Counted from the first letter of the stretch, positions 12,338-22,767 are shown. The stretch: DNA of 64,000 nucleotides from Patescibacteria group bacterium (GCA_025450075.1 JANWIC010000003.1:32800-96799); one strand, 5' to 3'. A program made the numbers and translations. The notes: generated by a model from the letters alone, not told the origin.

Positions 12338-13690
12338 ATGGTGAAGTATATATGTAATAACTGTGGGGCAGAATTTCCGAAGTGGATGGGAAGATGTACC
12401 GCTTGTAATGCCTGGAATACCTTAGAAGAAGTTGAAGTACGAGTTTCTACAGGGACCCGTACACGAGGATCGGTTGTTGTCCCTTCGTATACAACGTTAA
12501 ATGATATCAGACTTCAAAAAGATGACAAGCGATTAGGGACAGGTTTTCAGGAATTTGATAGGGTTCTTGGCGGTGGAATTGTAAAAGGAGAAGTTATCCT
12601 GTTAAGTGGTGATCCTGGAATAGGTAAGTCAACTCTCTTACTCCAATCTCTTGTTCAAATTATATCACAAGGTGCAAAAGTCCTTTATGCGACAGGGGAA
12701 GAATCGGAAAGCCAAATTGGTTTAAGAGCATCTCGTATTGCAAAAACAACCCAAGAAGCTGAGCGTGCCATGATTGTTGCATCAAGTGATATTGATGAGA
12801 TTATGCTACTGACTGAAAAGGTGAAACCCGATCTTCTTATCATTGATTCAATCCAAACTGTGGAATCAAGCAATATTTCAGGAGTTAGCGGAGGAGTTGC
12901 ACAGGTGAAAGAATGCTCTACTATTATCTCTCGGTTTGCAAAATCATCCGGTATTCCCGCTATTATAGTTGGTCATGTAACAAAGGAAGGCTCAATAGCT
13001 GGTCCTAAAGTATTAGAGCATATTGTCGATGCGGTAATTTATCTTGAAGGAGATAGTTTTAGAGAATTTCGAATCCTTCGTAGTGTAAAAAATCGTTATG
13101 GAGCCCAGGGAGAGATTGGTGTATTCGAAATGAAGGAAAAAGGTTTAAGTGAAGTAACTAACCCTTCCTCTATGTTTATTAATCCCCTTACTGCTTCTTC
13201 AGCAGGAGTATGTTTAGTGAGTATTATTGAAGGGTTACGCCCCATAATTCTAGAAGTTCAAGCATTAACTTCTCCAACATACCCTGGAACCGCAAGAAGG
13301 GTAGGGAGCGGTATAGAGTATAACAGGCTCCAATTGCTTACAGCAGTAATTTCAAAAGCTTTAGATTATAAGCTGCAAAACTTTGATATTTATGCAAATG
13401 TTGTTGGAGGTTTAAAGATAAATGATCCATCTCTAGATTTAGGAATCTGTGCATCAATCATATCTTCCTATACAAATAAGGTCATAGGACAAGATACTGT
13501 ATATATCGGAGAAGTTGGATTATCTGGTGAAGTACGAAATACCGTAAATATGGAAAAGAGGATTGATGAAATTGAAAAGCTGGGAATATCCAAAGCAGTT
13601 GTCTCCTCTCTATATAAACCAGCTAAAAAATCTCGAAAAGTCAAAATTCAGGGGATAGATAATATCTCCCACATGTTATCCACATTCTGA
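12338..13690 (+). CDS. radA: DNA repair protein RadA/Sms
   Basis: C4 zinc finger, GDPGIGKS, KNRYG motif, Lon-like C-terminus. Confidence 0.97.
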   Translation: MVKYICNNCGAEFPKWMGRCTACNAWNTLEEVEVRVSTGTRTRGSVVVPSYTTLNDIRLQKDDKRLGTGFQEFDRVLGGGIVKGEVILLSGDPGIGKSTLLLQSLVQIISQGAKVLYATGEESESQIGLRASRIAKTTQEAERAMIVASSDIDEIMLLTEKVKPDLLIIDSIQTVESSNISGVSGGVAQVKECSTIISRFAKSSGIPAIIVGHVTKEGSIAGPKVLEHIVDAVIYLEGDSFREFRILRSVKNRYGAQGEIGVFEMKEKGLSEVTNPSSMFINPLTASSAGVCLVSIIEGLRPIILEVQALTSPTYPGTARRVGSGIEYNRLQLLTAVISKALDYKLQNFDIYANVVGGLKINDPSLDLGICASIISSYTNKVIGQDTVYIGEVGLSGEVRNTVNMEKRIDEIEKLGISKAVVSSLYKPAKKSRKVKIQGIDNISHMLSTF

Positions 13691-13714
13691 TCAATTCGCC
13701 TAAAGTTATCCACA
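13676..13714 (+). promoter_or_regulatory. Two perfect DnaA boxes
   Basis: TTATCCACA at 13676-13684 and 13706-13714, same orientation. Confidence 0.6.
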
Positions 13715-13778
13715 GTTTGCAAAATCCCTAAATATATGCTATATTTTGAGTGTGAAAGAAGGGTATTCGACTATAGGC

Positions 13779-13807
13779 TTGACAAGATAAAAGTTATAGG
13801 CTATAAT
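13779..13807 (+). promoter_or_regulatory. Perfect consensus sigma70 promoter
   Basis: TTGACA-17bp-TATAAT. Confidence 0.85.
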
Positions 13808-13813
13808 ATAGAT

Positions 13814-14010
13814 GCAATTGAAAATATGAAGGTTTGAAGATAGGTCCCTGGGTCTGGTTAGTAAAAGAAGCTTTACTGGTCCCATGGATATATCTTCAAA
13901 CGAAATGAACGGGGGTGGGAGAAACCGCAATCGGAATCGATAAGAACATATTAGTTATCTATTATCTTCTTATCGGGGTCGGTTGGGGCAGTGCCGATCC
14001 CCCTTTTTTT
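13814..14010 (+). ncRNA. Structured RNA / putative attenuator upstream of rho
   Basis: Long hairpin 13832-13901; alternative hairpin 13928-13985 overlapping terminator 13975-14010; own promoter. Confidence 0.6.
13975..14010 (+). terminator. Intrinsic terminator
   Basis: GGGGTCGGT...GCCGATCCC followed by CC and a T7 tract. Confidence 0.75.
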
Positions 14011-14042
14011 CTTTTTTAATTCATAAATTCCCAAGGTGTCGT

Positions 14043-14071
14043 TTGACGGCAGAAAATAAATATTGTATACT
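14043..14071 (+). promoter_or_regulatory. rho-proximal promoter followed by C-rich/G-poor leader
   Basis: TTGACG-17bp-TATACT; leader 14090-14150 is C>G (rut-like). Confidence 0.65.
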
Positions 14072-14153
14072 CGAAAAAACTCTGATATAGAATCATCCAA
14101 CATATACTCTATGCTCTCACGATGCCCTCATTTACTTATTTAATTGTACTGCA

Positions 14154-15419
14154 ATGAACTTATCTGAACTAGACTCAAAAACGTTAGCCGAACTTCGCAA
14201 AATGGCTAAAGATAGAAAAATCGAAAATGCGACAGAATATAATAAACGAGAATTAATTCTCAAAATTTTAGAAGCGAAAACCCAAGATGAAGGAAATATC
14301 TTTATAGAAGGTGTATTGGAAATCATTAATGATGGGGCACATGGTGTCCTTCGATCAATGACCATGCGTCCTGGAGACAATGATGTATATGTATCAGGAT
14401 CTCAGATAAAAAGGTTTAATCTTCGAGAGGGTGATTATATTACGGGTCAAGCACGGCTTCCGAAAGATAATGAAAAATATCTTTCCTTGCTCCGCTTAGA
14501 GGCAATTAATGGAAGAGACCCTGAACAAGCTACAAAACGTGTTTCATTCGAACGTCTTACTCCAATTTTTCCAAATATTCAAATCAAACTGGAAACTGAT
14601 CCAAATGTGTTATCAACCCGTGTAATAGATTTACTTGCCCCTATCGGAAAAGGCCAAAGAGGGATGATAGTTGCTCCTCCAAAATCGGGTAAAACAATTC
14701 TTCTAAAGGAAATTGCTGATGGAATAGCTAAGAACAATCCTGATCTTCATCTATTAGTAGTCCTTATCGGGGAAAGACCAGAAGAAGTAACTGATATGCA
14801 ACGATTTGTTAAAGGCGAAGTTGTTGCTTCTAACTTTGATGACCAACCTGAAAACCAGGTACGTGTGGCAGAACTTGCTTTAGAACGTGCAAAGAGACTT
14901 GTTGAAGAAGGACTTGATGTCGTTATCCTTATGGATAGTCTAACCCGTCTTGCTCGAGCATATAATATGGTGTTACCAACATCTGGTAGGACACTATCTG
15001 GTGGATTTGACCCTGTTGCATTGTACCCGCCAAAGAAATTCTTTGGTGCAGCAAGAAACTTTGAAGAAAAAGGATCTCTTACTATTATTGCAACAGCTCT
15101 TATCGATACGGGATCACGTATGGATGATTTGGTTTATGAAGAATTCAAAGGAACTGGAAATATGGAATTGGTTCTTGACCGAAGACTATCTGAACGTAGG
15201 GTATACCCATCTATTGATGCGTCCCGATCAAGCACTAGAAATGAAGAAAAACTTCTTCCTCCTGAAATCCTCAATCAATCATGGAGAGTACGAAGAATGC
15301 TTGATGCTCTGAAACAAAATGAAAAGATGAGTGCTGAAGCATTAGAATCCTTCCTTGACAGACTAAAAAGAACAAAAAGTAACGAAATCTTCCTTGCAAG
15401 TCTACACGAAAGCTTCTAA
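14154..15419 (+). CDS. rho: Transcription termination factor Rho
   Basis: DVYVS, IGKGQRG, APPKSGKT, IGERPEEVTD, EEFKGTGNME. Confidence 0.98.
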   Translation: MNLSELDSKTLAELRKMAKDRKIENATEYNKRELILKILEAKTQDEGNIFIEGVLEIINDGAHGVLRSMTMRPGDNDVYVSGSQIKRFNLREGDYITGQARLPKDNEKYLSLLRLEAINGRDPEQATKRVSFERLTPIFPNIQIKLETDPNVLSTRVIDLLAPIGKGQRGMIVAPPKSGKTILLKEIADGIAKNNPDLHLLVVLIGERPEEVTDMQRFVKGEVVASNFDDQPENQVRVAELALERAKRLVEEGLDVVILMDSLTRLARAYNMVLPTSGRTLSGGFDPVALYPPKKFFGAARNFEEKGSLTIIATALIDTGSRMDDLVYEEFKGTGNMELVLDRRLSERRVYPSIDASRSSTRNEEKLLPPEILNQSWRVRRMLDALKQNEKMSAEALESFLDRLKRTKSNEIFLASLHESF

Positions 15420-15483
15420 AACCCATAGTATATATGTTGAGATTATGGTATAATGAACTGGTAGTTTATACTAGTATACATCT

Positions 15484-17010
15484 ATGTCAGAAAGTTACGA
15501 AGGAGGTTTTTATTACACTAGAGATTTTCCAGAAACAGAGAGTATAGATCCAACTGTCGATCGTGAACTCTTAAACATGATTTATGATGATCTTAACAAC
15601 GTTTGTTGGGCTTTTGCTGGATGCAATTTAGATGAAGCAGATAAAAAAAATCCTTTTATTTCATACATGCGTAGGCAATTGATTAATGCTGCAAAAAATA
15701 AGGCTGAATTTGATGAATTAACGGTAACTACTTCTGATCCAATAGCAAAAAGCATTATGTCCTTAATTGAAAGGGCATTTAACAACAGAATTGAACAAGC
15801 ATACATTGATAATGGTGTTAGGAATAATCGACCATATTCAGCTTGGCTTGGAGAAGATGGGACTAACAGTGATTTAAGAGCCTTAGATGTCCCGGAGAAT
15901 GCGGTAGCATTAGCTCTCTATGAAATTACTCATAAAGGTGAAAATTATCAAGTTTTTATTGGAGGATGTGTTAAAAAAAATCCAATTAAATTTTCTGCAT
16001 TTTCTTCTCTTGGATCTAAGCCATCAATATATATTGTGAGGATTAATAAAAATGGGAGCTATGATGGATTAAATAAAATAAATGACGCGTCTTTGATTGA
16101 AGAATTATTAAATGAAGCACAAAATGGTAATAAGGCTCTTCTCAGTGGTAATAAACCTGATCAAAATCAAAAAGGAATTTTGTTTGTATTACCAAGAGAA
16201 GAATACGAGAATCAAGTGAATACAGGTGTTGATTCTTCGCCTTTAGTCGATCCTCAAGCTCCTGAACCCTTGACTCCTCCACCAGTTGTTGCACCAAGAA
16301 CCGCCCCTTCTCCAGAACAGAAAAGAAAAATCCCTGGTTTATCTCATCTTGCACAAATTTTGCTTTATATTGATGAGAAAGGAACACGAAAGGCAGCAAA
16401 GGATATAGTTAATTTGGGTAAGGTTATCGTATTATTCGCATTAGCGGTACCGGTCGAGGGTACTTTGGGAATAAAAAATTATTTGGATGAAAGAAGAAGG
16501 CAGAAAGTAATTAACCGTTTGCACAGACAGGCTTATAAGTCCCAGCAAAGAGCAAATAAAGTACCTCGAGACAGATCTGCAAGCAAAACAAGAAAGACAT
16601 ATGGACGACCCAGTCTTCATGCACGGAAGCCATCCTCAAAAGTCAATATCAACAGGATCAAAAGGGAATCACCAGGTAAAACGAGAAGAGAAAGATTGAA
16701 AGAAATTGCCATAAGAAAATTCTTTCCAGCTGCAATTCCTGGAAAACCGCTTTTCTCTTCAGAAAATATAATTGCTGGGGGTAGTACTCCGGCATTATTT
16801 GTTAAAATGGTTGGGTATATTGGAAAACAAATAAATACTGCTGTTTTGAGAAGAAAACCTATACCTAACTCATTGCCAGATGCTGATGCGGAGAAACTAC
16901 TTAGGGAGCTTGCAGCAATGCTTTCTGATCCTCATGAACAGACTCCTACACCGCCTTCCGAATCAGCATATGAGGCTCCCCCTGATGTTGATGATGAAGT
17001 AGATATTTAG
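15484..17010 (+). CDS. Hypothetical protein (Pro-rich linker, hydrophobic segment, basic region)
   Basis: 508-aa ORF with upstream TGGTATAAT; no family recognised. Confidence 0.75.
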   Translation: MSESYEGGFYYTRDFPETESIDPTVDRELLNMIYDDLNNVCWAFAGCNLDEADKKNPFISYMRRQLINAAKNKAEFDELTVTTSDPIAKSIMSLIERAFNNRIEQAYIDNGVRNNRPYSAWLGEDGTNSDLRALDVPENAVALALYEITHKGENYQVFIGGCVKKNPIKFSAFSSLGSKPSIYIVRINKNGSYDGLNKINDASLIEELLNEAQNGNKALLSGNKPDQNQKGILFVLPREEYENQVNTGVDSSPLVDPQAPEPLTPPPVVAPRTAPSPEQKRKIPGLSHLAQILLYIDEKGTRKAAKDIVNLGKVIVLFALAVPVEGTLGIKNYLDERRRQKVINRLHRQAYKSQQRANKVPRDRSASKTRKTYGRPSLHARKPSSKVNINRIKRESPGKTRRERLKEIAIRKFFPAAIPGKPLFSSENIIAGGSTPALFVKMVGYIGKQINTAVLRRKPIPNSLPDADAEKLLRELAAMLSDPHEQTPTPPSESAYEAPPDVDDEVDI

Positions 17011-17052
17011 CAATTTCTATTAAACAAATTTTTAGTTATAATACATTTGTTG

Positions 17053-17124
17053 GGGGATGTAGCTCAATGGTAGAGCACTACATTCGCATTGTAGGGGTTG
17101 TGGGTTCAAGTCCCATCATCTCCA
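17053..17124 (+). tRNA. tRNA-Ala(CGC)
   Basis: GGGGATG/CATCTCC acceptor with G3:U70; TT-CGC-AT loop. Confidence 0.95.
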
Positions 17125-17224
17125 ATATCTTTATTGGATATTTAAAGTAATAACTTTTACTTAGTAAAATAGTTTGTTTGTTTTCAGTTTCTCATGATAT
17201 AGTGATGAGGAAATAATATCTGCC

Positions 17225-18466
17225 ATGAGAACAAGGTATTTTCTACCATTCAAAATAAAAAGTATTCATTATGTCATCGTTATAGGGACTTTTTGGGCAA
17301 TTTCAGACGCCTTTGTTTCATTTTATCTTCCAATACAAATGCAGTCTTATCTGCATAATCTCTTTTTATTCGGTCTTTTATTCGCGATATCATCGACTAT
17401 TGGGGCTTTAAGTGATATTGGATTAGGGATTCTATCGTCAAAAATTAAATATACCCTTTATTTCATATTGGGTTTACTTTCTTCTTTAGTACTTATATTT
17501 TCCTCCATTCTACCATTTAATGTAATCTTAATTGTTTGGATTATGGCTGTTTGGGGAGTATATTATGAATTTATGCAAATAGCTGTTTTCAATTATGTAA
17601 CCAGACATAAGCATATTGAAGAACACTCAAGAAATTTCGGTTTGATCTATCTTTTTGAAAATCTAAGTTATGTTATCGGACCTATAATCGGAGGATTTCT
17701 TATTGTATCAGGAAAATATGCAATATATTCTGTCTGCTTCGCGTGTATAATTATAGCTTTTTTGTTTATCAGGCCATTAATAGTTATACATAAACATAAG
17801 GAGAAGCCCTTTCTAGTATATGAAAAAAAATTATCATTTAATTTTAAAAAGGAGTTAAGAAGCTTCAAGAAGATTTGGCAGTTTGCATTCATAATGTTTA
17901 TAGGAATTTTTTTATATAACGTATGGGATTCATTTGTTTGGACTCTAGAACCCTTACAAAGTACGGTATCTAATGCAGTCTTTGCCGGTATTATCACTGC
18001 AATATTTACTCTTCCATTAGCAACTCTAGAAGCATGGGGAGGAAAGATTGCTGATATATATGGAAGAAGAATCACCTTCATCTTAGGATTTTTTATTGCA
18101 TCTTTATTTACATTTCTTTTTGGTTTACAGGATAATTTGTATCTGAGGATAATATTAGCTCTCATCGCTGCAGTAGGATTTGCCTTTGCATATCCGGCAA
18201 TGATGGGGGAGACGTCAAAAGAAACCAGTGAACATGAAAAGCAATTAGGTAATATTGCCGGGTTGCAACGAATATTCGTAAATGGTGGATATATTCTAGG
18301 TCCAATATTTGCAGGTTATGTAAGCAGCATTTATGGAATTCAACGTGCGTTTAGTATTCTTGGCCTTGTCATGATGTTCTCATTTATACCCATTCTTATC
18401 TTCATGACCCACTATCATTTTAAGGGGAGAATTCACAGAGTTCTTGTAACTGAATTTGAACTTTAA
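17225..18466 (+). CDS. MFS transporter
   Basis: About 12 TM helices; motif A GKIADIYGRR; GPIIGG/GPIFAG. Confidence 0.9.
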   Translation: MRTRYFLPFKIKSIHYVIVIGTFWAISDAFVSFYLPIQMQSYLHNLFLFGLLFAISSTIGALSDIGLGILSSKIKYTLYFILGLLSSLVLIFSSILPFNVILIVWIMAVWGVYYEFMQIAVFNYVTRHKHIEEHSRNFGLIYLFENLSYVIGPIIGGFLIVSGKYAIYSVCFACIIIAFLFIRPLIVIHKHKEKPFLVYEKKLSFNFKKELRSFKKIWQFAFIMFIGIFLYNVWDSFVWTLEPLQSTVSNAVFAGIITAIFTLPLATLEAWGGKIADIYGRRITFILGFFIASLFTFLFGLQDNLYLRIILALIAAVGFAFAYPAMMGETSKETSEHEKQLGNIAGLQRIFVNGGYILGPIFAGYVSSIYGIQRAFSILGLVMMFSFIPILIFMTHYHFKGRIHRVLVTEFEL

Positions 18467-18579
18467 TAACTTTTCTTGTTCACTCGTATCCTAATTTTGG
18501 AACAATTAATATTAATATTTCAGTTTGGGTTGCGGGGTATCCTCCTGTTTGCTATAGTAGTTTGCAATTAGATACTCCA

Positions 18580-20349
18580 ATGACATCAAATACAACTTTA
18601 CCTGTACAAGCAGATCTTCAAGCATATTATCCGGTATCATTTGAGCCGGATGTTTTTACTAAAGAAGAAAGATTCCTTTTAAATCCTTTTTTTACAAACC
18701 TTGATAAACCAGTTTTTGTTTTGCAAAATCTACCTACTGAAATTGCGGCAGCACTTGCTTCCCGTTACAGTAGGAGCATGTGGGGGCTTCGAAGAGTGTT
18801 TTTAAAGGAATATATATGGCCATTAGTTCATCCCGAGCTTCTTCCCGGATGGGAAAGCCTCGATATTGCGAGCAGGAAATCGTCCTTAGAAACAAAGGAT
18901 GAAGTTCTCGGCTTTATTACCTATCTGAATGAGCATGGAGGGCTTGAGCATGTAGCAGATATTCAACGTGCAAGAAAATTTTTTGAAAAATGGTTAAACC
19001 AATATGGAGATGATTCTATTGCAGAACTTGGATCATATTTAGTAGGGATAGAAGGAGTTTCCATGCTTTGTTCAATTTGGGGAGTAGAGAGTATTCCTTA
19101 CGCATCTCTAATTGCAAAATCAACCCGATATGTAAATTTTTCTGATAAACGTACAGATGGTGAATACAAATTTATTATTCCTGGTGAGATACGCGGAACA
19201 AAATATGAAGAAAGCTATACGAAAGCTCTCCATAATCTCTTTGCTACCTATGCGAACACGATTTCTCCCTATACAGAATATGTAAAGGGTATATACCCAA
19301 AGGGCGATGATGAAAGTGATACTTCATTTCATGCATCTCGTCAGGCAAAAGCATTTGACGACCTTCGAGAGTTGCTTCCTTTTGCAACACAGACAAGTTT
19401 TGCAATCCATGCGAACATGAGATCATTTGAAGCAATTATTAATAATCTTCTGGCTCAACCGTTTGGTGAAGCACGATGGCTAGGACAGGCTATCTTTGAA
19501 GAACTCCATACTGTTGCTCCTTCTTTAATATCAAGAGTAAATACACCAAGAGGAGCAGCTGTTCAGCAGTATCGAGCACAAATGATTACGTATAAGGGTA
19601 AATTGGGGAAAAAGGTAAAGACGAATAATGGGGTACTTGAAAAAGAAAGAATTCGATTGTTGGATTATACAAAAGATGCTGAAAAGAAAATCCTTTCAGC
19701 CTACTTATTTCATGAGGGAACTTCAGGATACGATGAGATTACGCAAAGTATTAATAAGCTTTCTGCTGAAGAAAGGAAAAAGATGCTCAAGGAGTTATTG
19801 AAATTAAGGAGTAATGGAGGTAGTAACATGCCAAGAGAGGCCATACGATTTAATACGGTAGAAGATGCATTCAAACATGCACACTATAGCTTTCTTCTTT
19901 TAATCCGTGGAGGTGATCTGCGGGATCTTTACAGACATCGCTATGCTGATAAGGCAATCTCATGTATGAATTTAAGGAATGGTTATACATTAGAAAATGA
20001 AGTGATAAAGTCTCCTTTCATTAAACAAATATCACAAGCTCTAGAAGGAGTGAAAAAAGTATATGACGATTTGGAAAAGAAAGACCCATCTATCTCCCAA
20101 TATGTCGTTCCTTTCGGGTATAGACAGGAGTTGTATCTTCAACTTAGCGCATGGGAGGTCTATTGGATTGGAGAACTGAGAACAGGCACTCAAGCGCGTC
20201 CAGAGTATGGAGAAATATGTAGGCAGATGGCCAGCATTGCAAAAAGAGTAGACCCAAATATCTTTAGCGCTATGATCATAGGAGAAGAAGAAGGAAGAAT
20301 CCCAAGAAGAAAATATGCTAAAAAGTTGGAAGAAAAAGCAAAAGAATAA
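18580..20349 (+). CDS. thyX: Tandem-domain ThyX-like FAD-dependent thymidylate synthase
   Basis: SRYSRS, YGDDSIAEL, KSTRY, RDLYRHR, ELRT motifs; ATG at 18580 preferred over TTG at 18562. Confidence 0.8.
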   Translation: MTSNTTLPVQADLQAYYPVSFEPDVFTKEERFLLNPFFTNLDKPVFVLQNLPTEIAAALASRYSRSMWGLRRVFLKEYIWPLVHPELLPGWESLDIASRKSSLETKDEVLGFITYLNEHGGLEHVADIQRARKFFEKWLNQYGDDSIAELGSYLVGIEGVSMLCSIWGVESIPYASLIAKSTRYVNFSDKRTDGEYKFIIPGEIRGTKYEESYTKALHNLFATYANTISPYTEYVKGIYPKGDDESDTSFHASRQAKAFDDLRELLPFATQTSFAIHANMRSFEAIINNLLAQPFGEARWLGQAIFEELHTVAPSLISRVNTPRGAAVQQYRAQMITYKGKLGKKVKTNNGVLEKERIRLLDYTKDAEKKILSAYLFHEGTSGYDEITQSINKLSAEERKKMLKELLKLRSNGGSNMPREAIRFNTVEDAFKHAHYSFLLLIRGGDLRDLYRHRYADKAISCMNLRNGYTLENEVIKSPFIKQISQALEGVKKVYDDLEKKDPSISQYVVPFGYRQELYLQLSAWEVYWIGELRTGTQARPEYGEICRQMASIAKRVDPNIFSAMIIGEEEGRIPRRKYAKKLEEKAKE

Positions 20350-20419
20350 CCAGTTTTACCTTGAACCGCATTTATCCTTGTGATATAGTCCAGTTGTCAT
20401 AATTTCTCTTAATATTCTT

Positions 20420-21448
20420 ATGCCCGAGTTAGATATTTTAAAAATTCTCCAAGATTGTCAAAAAACCCTTCTTATTGCATCTTTCCCAGCTGATATTGAC
20501 GGTATAGCCTCAGCAATTATTCTCAAGAAATACCTTGTATCAAATGGAAAAGATTGTATTGCAATCTGTCCCGATCCTATTACTGAAATTGCAAAGAAGA
20601 AATACAATTTTTTACCATATATGGATGAAATCTTGTATGCGGAAAGTAACGCCACCTTACTAAATGAAAACATTGATGCAGTAATATTATTTGACTCATC
20701 AACCTTAACCCAGTTTTATAACCCAGCAAAAGAAGAGGTTTTTGATCTTTGTAAAGTAAAAAAGGTTATTCATATTGATCATCATGAAGATATGGGGAAA
20801 ATCCCTGCAGATATTAAAGTAATTGATGTGCATGCTTGTGCAAGTGTTCAGGTTCTTTTGGATCAGGTTGTTCCACTTGCATATATAACACCATCATTGG
20901 GAGAACTTGTTTTTGCAGCATTAGTTGAAGATACAGGAAATTTTGTATGGAATTTGCAGTCTTCACGTCCATATAATATTGCTGCACATTTAATTGATAT
21001 TGGGGTACGTACTGCTCCGATCATCTACCAATTAATATTATGGAAAGATAAGGAATATATTGAAACATTAAAATGGATGCTTACACATATCGAATATTTT
21101 GATGATATCCATACCATTATGCTTTGTATTCCATTTGAAATAAAAGAAAAAGAGAAAATTGATGGGGAAAAGTTTCAGAAAATTAAGGAAATATTTGAAT
21201 TACAGATTGCCAAATTTATTAGGGGATATGACAGAGGAATTCTTATATATGAAGAGCGAAAAGGCTATATATATGCATCATTTAGGGCAAATGATGTAAC
21301 CAATACTGTTGATATTCCTGTATTGTTAGCAAAAGTAGGTGGAAAGAGTGGGGGTCATTTCAATTCTGCAAGCATAAAAATAGATGGAGTATTTGAAGAA
21401 ATAAAAGAAATTTTACAAGATCTTTTACATGATGCGTTAGTGAAATAA
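20420..21448 (+). CDS. DHH/DHHA1 phosphoesterase (NrnA-like)
   Basis: DxDG, FDSS, IDHH, DTGNF, SFR and GGH motifs. Confidence 0.9.
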   Translation: MPELDILKILQDCQKTLLIASFPADIDGIASAIILKKYLVSNGKDCIAICPDPITEIAKKKYNFLPYMDEILYAESNATLLNENIDAVILFDSSTLTQFYNPAKEEVFDLCKVKKVIHIDHHEDMGKIPADIKVIDVHACASVQVLLDQVVPLAYITPSLGELVFAALVEDTGNFVWNLQSSRPYNIAAHLIDIGVRTAPIIYQLILWKDKEYIETLKWMLTHIEYFDDIHTIMLCIPFEIKEKEKIDGEKFQKIKEIFELQIAKFIRGYDRGILIYEERKGYIYASFRANDVTNTVDIPVLLAKVGGKSGGHFNSASIKIDGVFEEIKEILQDLLHDALVK

Positions 21449-21506
21449 TCTTCTTCTTTTCAAGTTACTTTAAAAGTGTTATTATTCCCTGCAACTAATA
21501 TTAAAA

Positions 21507-22748
21507 ATGATAGAAAACTCTTCTGATCAAGATAGAAATTCAGAATCAGAATCTTTGAGGGAGCAGTTATTAACTGAGTTCCATAGAGCTGTCAATTGCT
21601 TGTTTCCTATTGGATGTGATGGAATACCTGAAGCAGGTATTTTAGGTACTTTTATGTATGTTTTTTTATATGATGGAGGAAAAAATGAAAATTTGGTATA
21701 TAACGGTTTAGATTACGATTATGGCTTTTATTCTCTTTCAGAATGGCTAGATAGTTTATTGAATAATGGGCGATCATTGAATAATTTAAATATTTATCAG
21801 GTTATATATGAACGTTTTAAAGAGGCTTATTGGGCTGCATCGCATGTTTGTGAGCATTTATTTCGGAATTCTTCCTATCGAAATATAGATGGTCATAATC
21901 CTCCTAAAGGTAAAATTTTTATCCCAGAAGATATTCGATGGGGAAGCATTGCAGGATCATTTAATATGATAGAAGAAGTGAGGGATATAAATAGTCCTAA
22001 TTCGAAACGTGTTGAAAGGTTAAAATTTCATTCATTTACAAACTATGCATCCGGGAGAGCAGATTCACGATGTTTATTTCATCTCAATTCAAGAAGAGAG
22101 GTAGATGCAATAATATCTCATATGGATGACCGTATTCCCCCATCTTTTGGACAGGAACAATTCTCTTCTATGGATAAAGCCGATCGCATTTCTGAAATTT
22201 CTACCGGATTGGTTAGTAACATTTGTTGCGAATATTTGGAGCAATTGAGAAATGAGCTAAGGATCTTTGGTACAGAAGATCAAGAAGAAAAGTTTCTTAG
22301 AGAAGTTAGAGAATGCATCACTTCACTATTTAATGAATTAAATAGTTTAGAAGGATTTGGAATAAGTTCTGAATTTTATAATGTGATTACTGATCTGGAA
22401 CAAATTCTTCTTCAAAATCAAAATGCATTAATGCAATATGTTCAATTTTTAGCTGATAGGGGTATACTTGTATATCTTTGTCAAAACTTGAAAGAGAATA
22501 ATTTTCCCTATATGCTGTTGTTTGCATATCACAAACTTGGTCAAAGTATCATACCGGTATTAGGAGCATTAAATTTTATTAATCCTTATCATGTCTTAAA
22601 ATTTTGTGTACTTTCCGATACGTTTGATGAAATTGAGGTGGATCCTGAAACACTTACAATAATAGTTGAAAACAGCATGACTACAATTATTCCTGTATCT
22701 TCTGATTCATCGATTAAAGCTTTAATCCCTATGAAAGCGGAAGTATAG
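21507..22748 (+). CDS. Hypothetical protein (possible nucleotidyltransferase-like motif)
   Basis: 413-aa ORF; ILGT...DYD weakly resembles hG[GS]..DxD. Confidence 0.65.
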   Translation: MIENSSDQDRNSESESLREQLLTEFHRAVNCLFPIGCDGIPEAGILGTFMYVFLYDGGKNENLVYNGLDYDYGFYSLSEWLDSLLNNGRSLNNLNIYQVIYERFKEAYWAASHVCEHLFRNSSYRNIDGHNPPKGKIFIPEDIRWGSIAGSFNMIEEVRDINSPNSKRVERLKFHSFTNYASGRADSRCLFHLNSRREVDAIISHMDDRIPPSFGQEQFSSMDKADRISEISTGLVSNICCEYLEQLRNELRIFGTEDQEEKFLREVRECITSLFNELNSLEGFGISSEFYNVITDLEQILLQNQNALMQYVQFLADRGILVYLCQNLKENNFPYMLLFAYHKLGQSIIPVLGALNFINPYHVLKFCVLSDTFDEIEVDPETLTIIVENSMTTIIPVSSDSSIKALIPMKAEV

Positions 22749-22767
22749 GTTCATTACTTTGATTAAA

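Noticed and set aside
13676-13780. oriC call
   Set aside because: Only two boxes, no adjacent dnaA/dnaN, and gene orientation does not switch here; kept only as DnaA sites
13911-13930. GGGTGG...ACCGC as a T-box antiterminator for rho
   Set aside because: Five nucleotides separate TGG and ACC instead of one, and there is no K-turn, specifier or S-turn upstream
13739-13930. 63-aa minus-strand ORF
   Set aside because: Antisense to a strong promoter and structured RNA; no protein-like features
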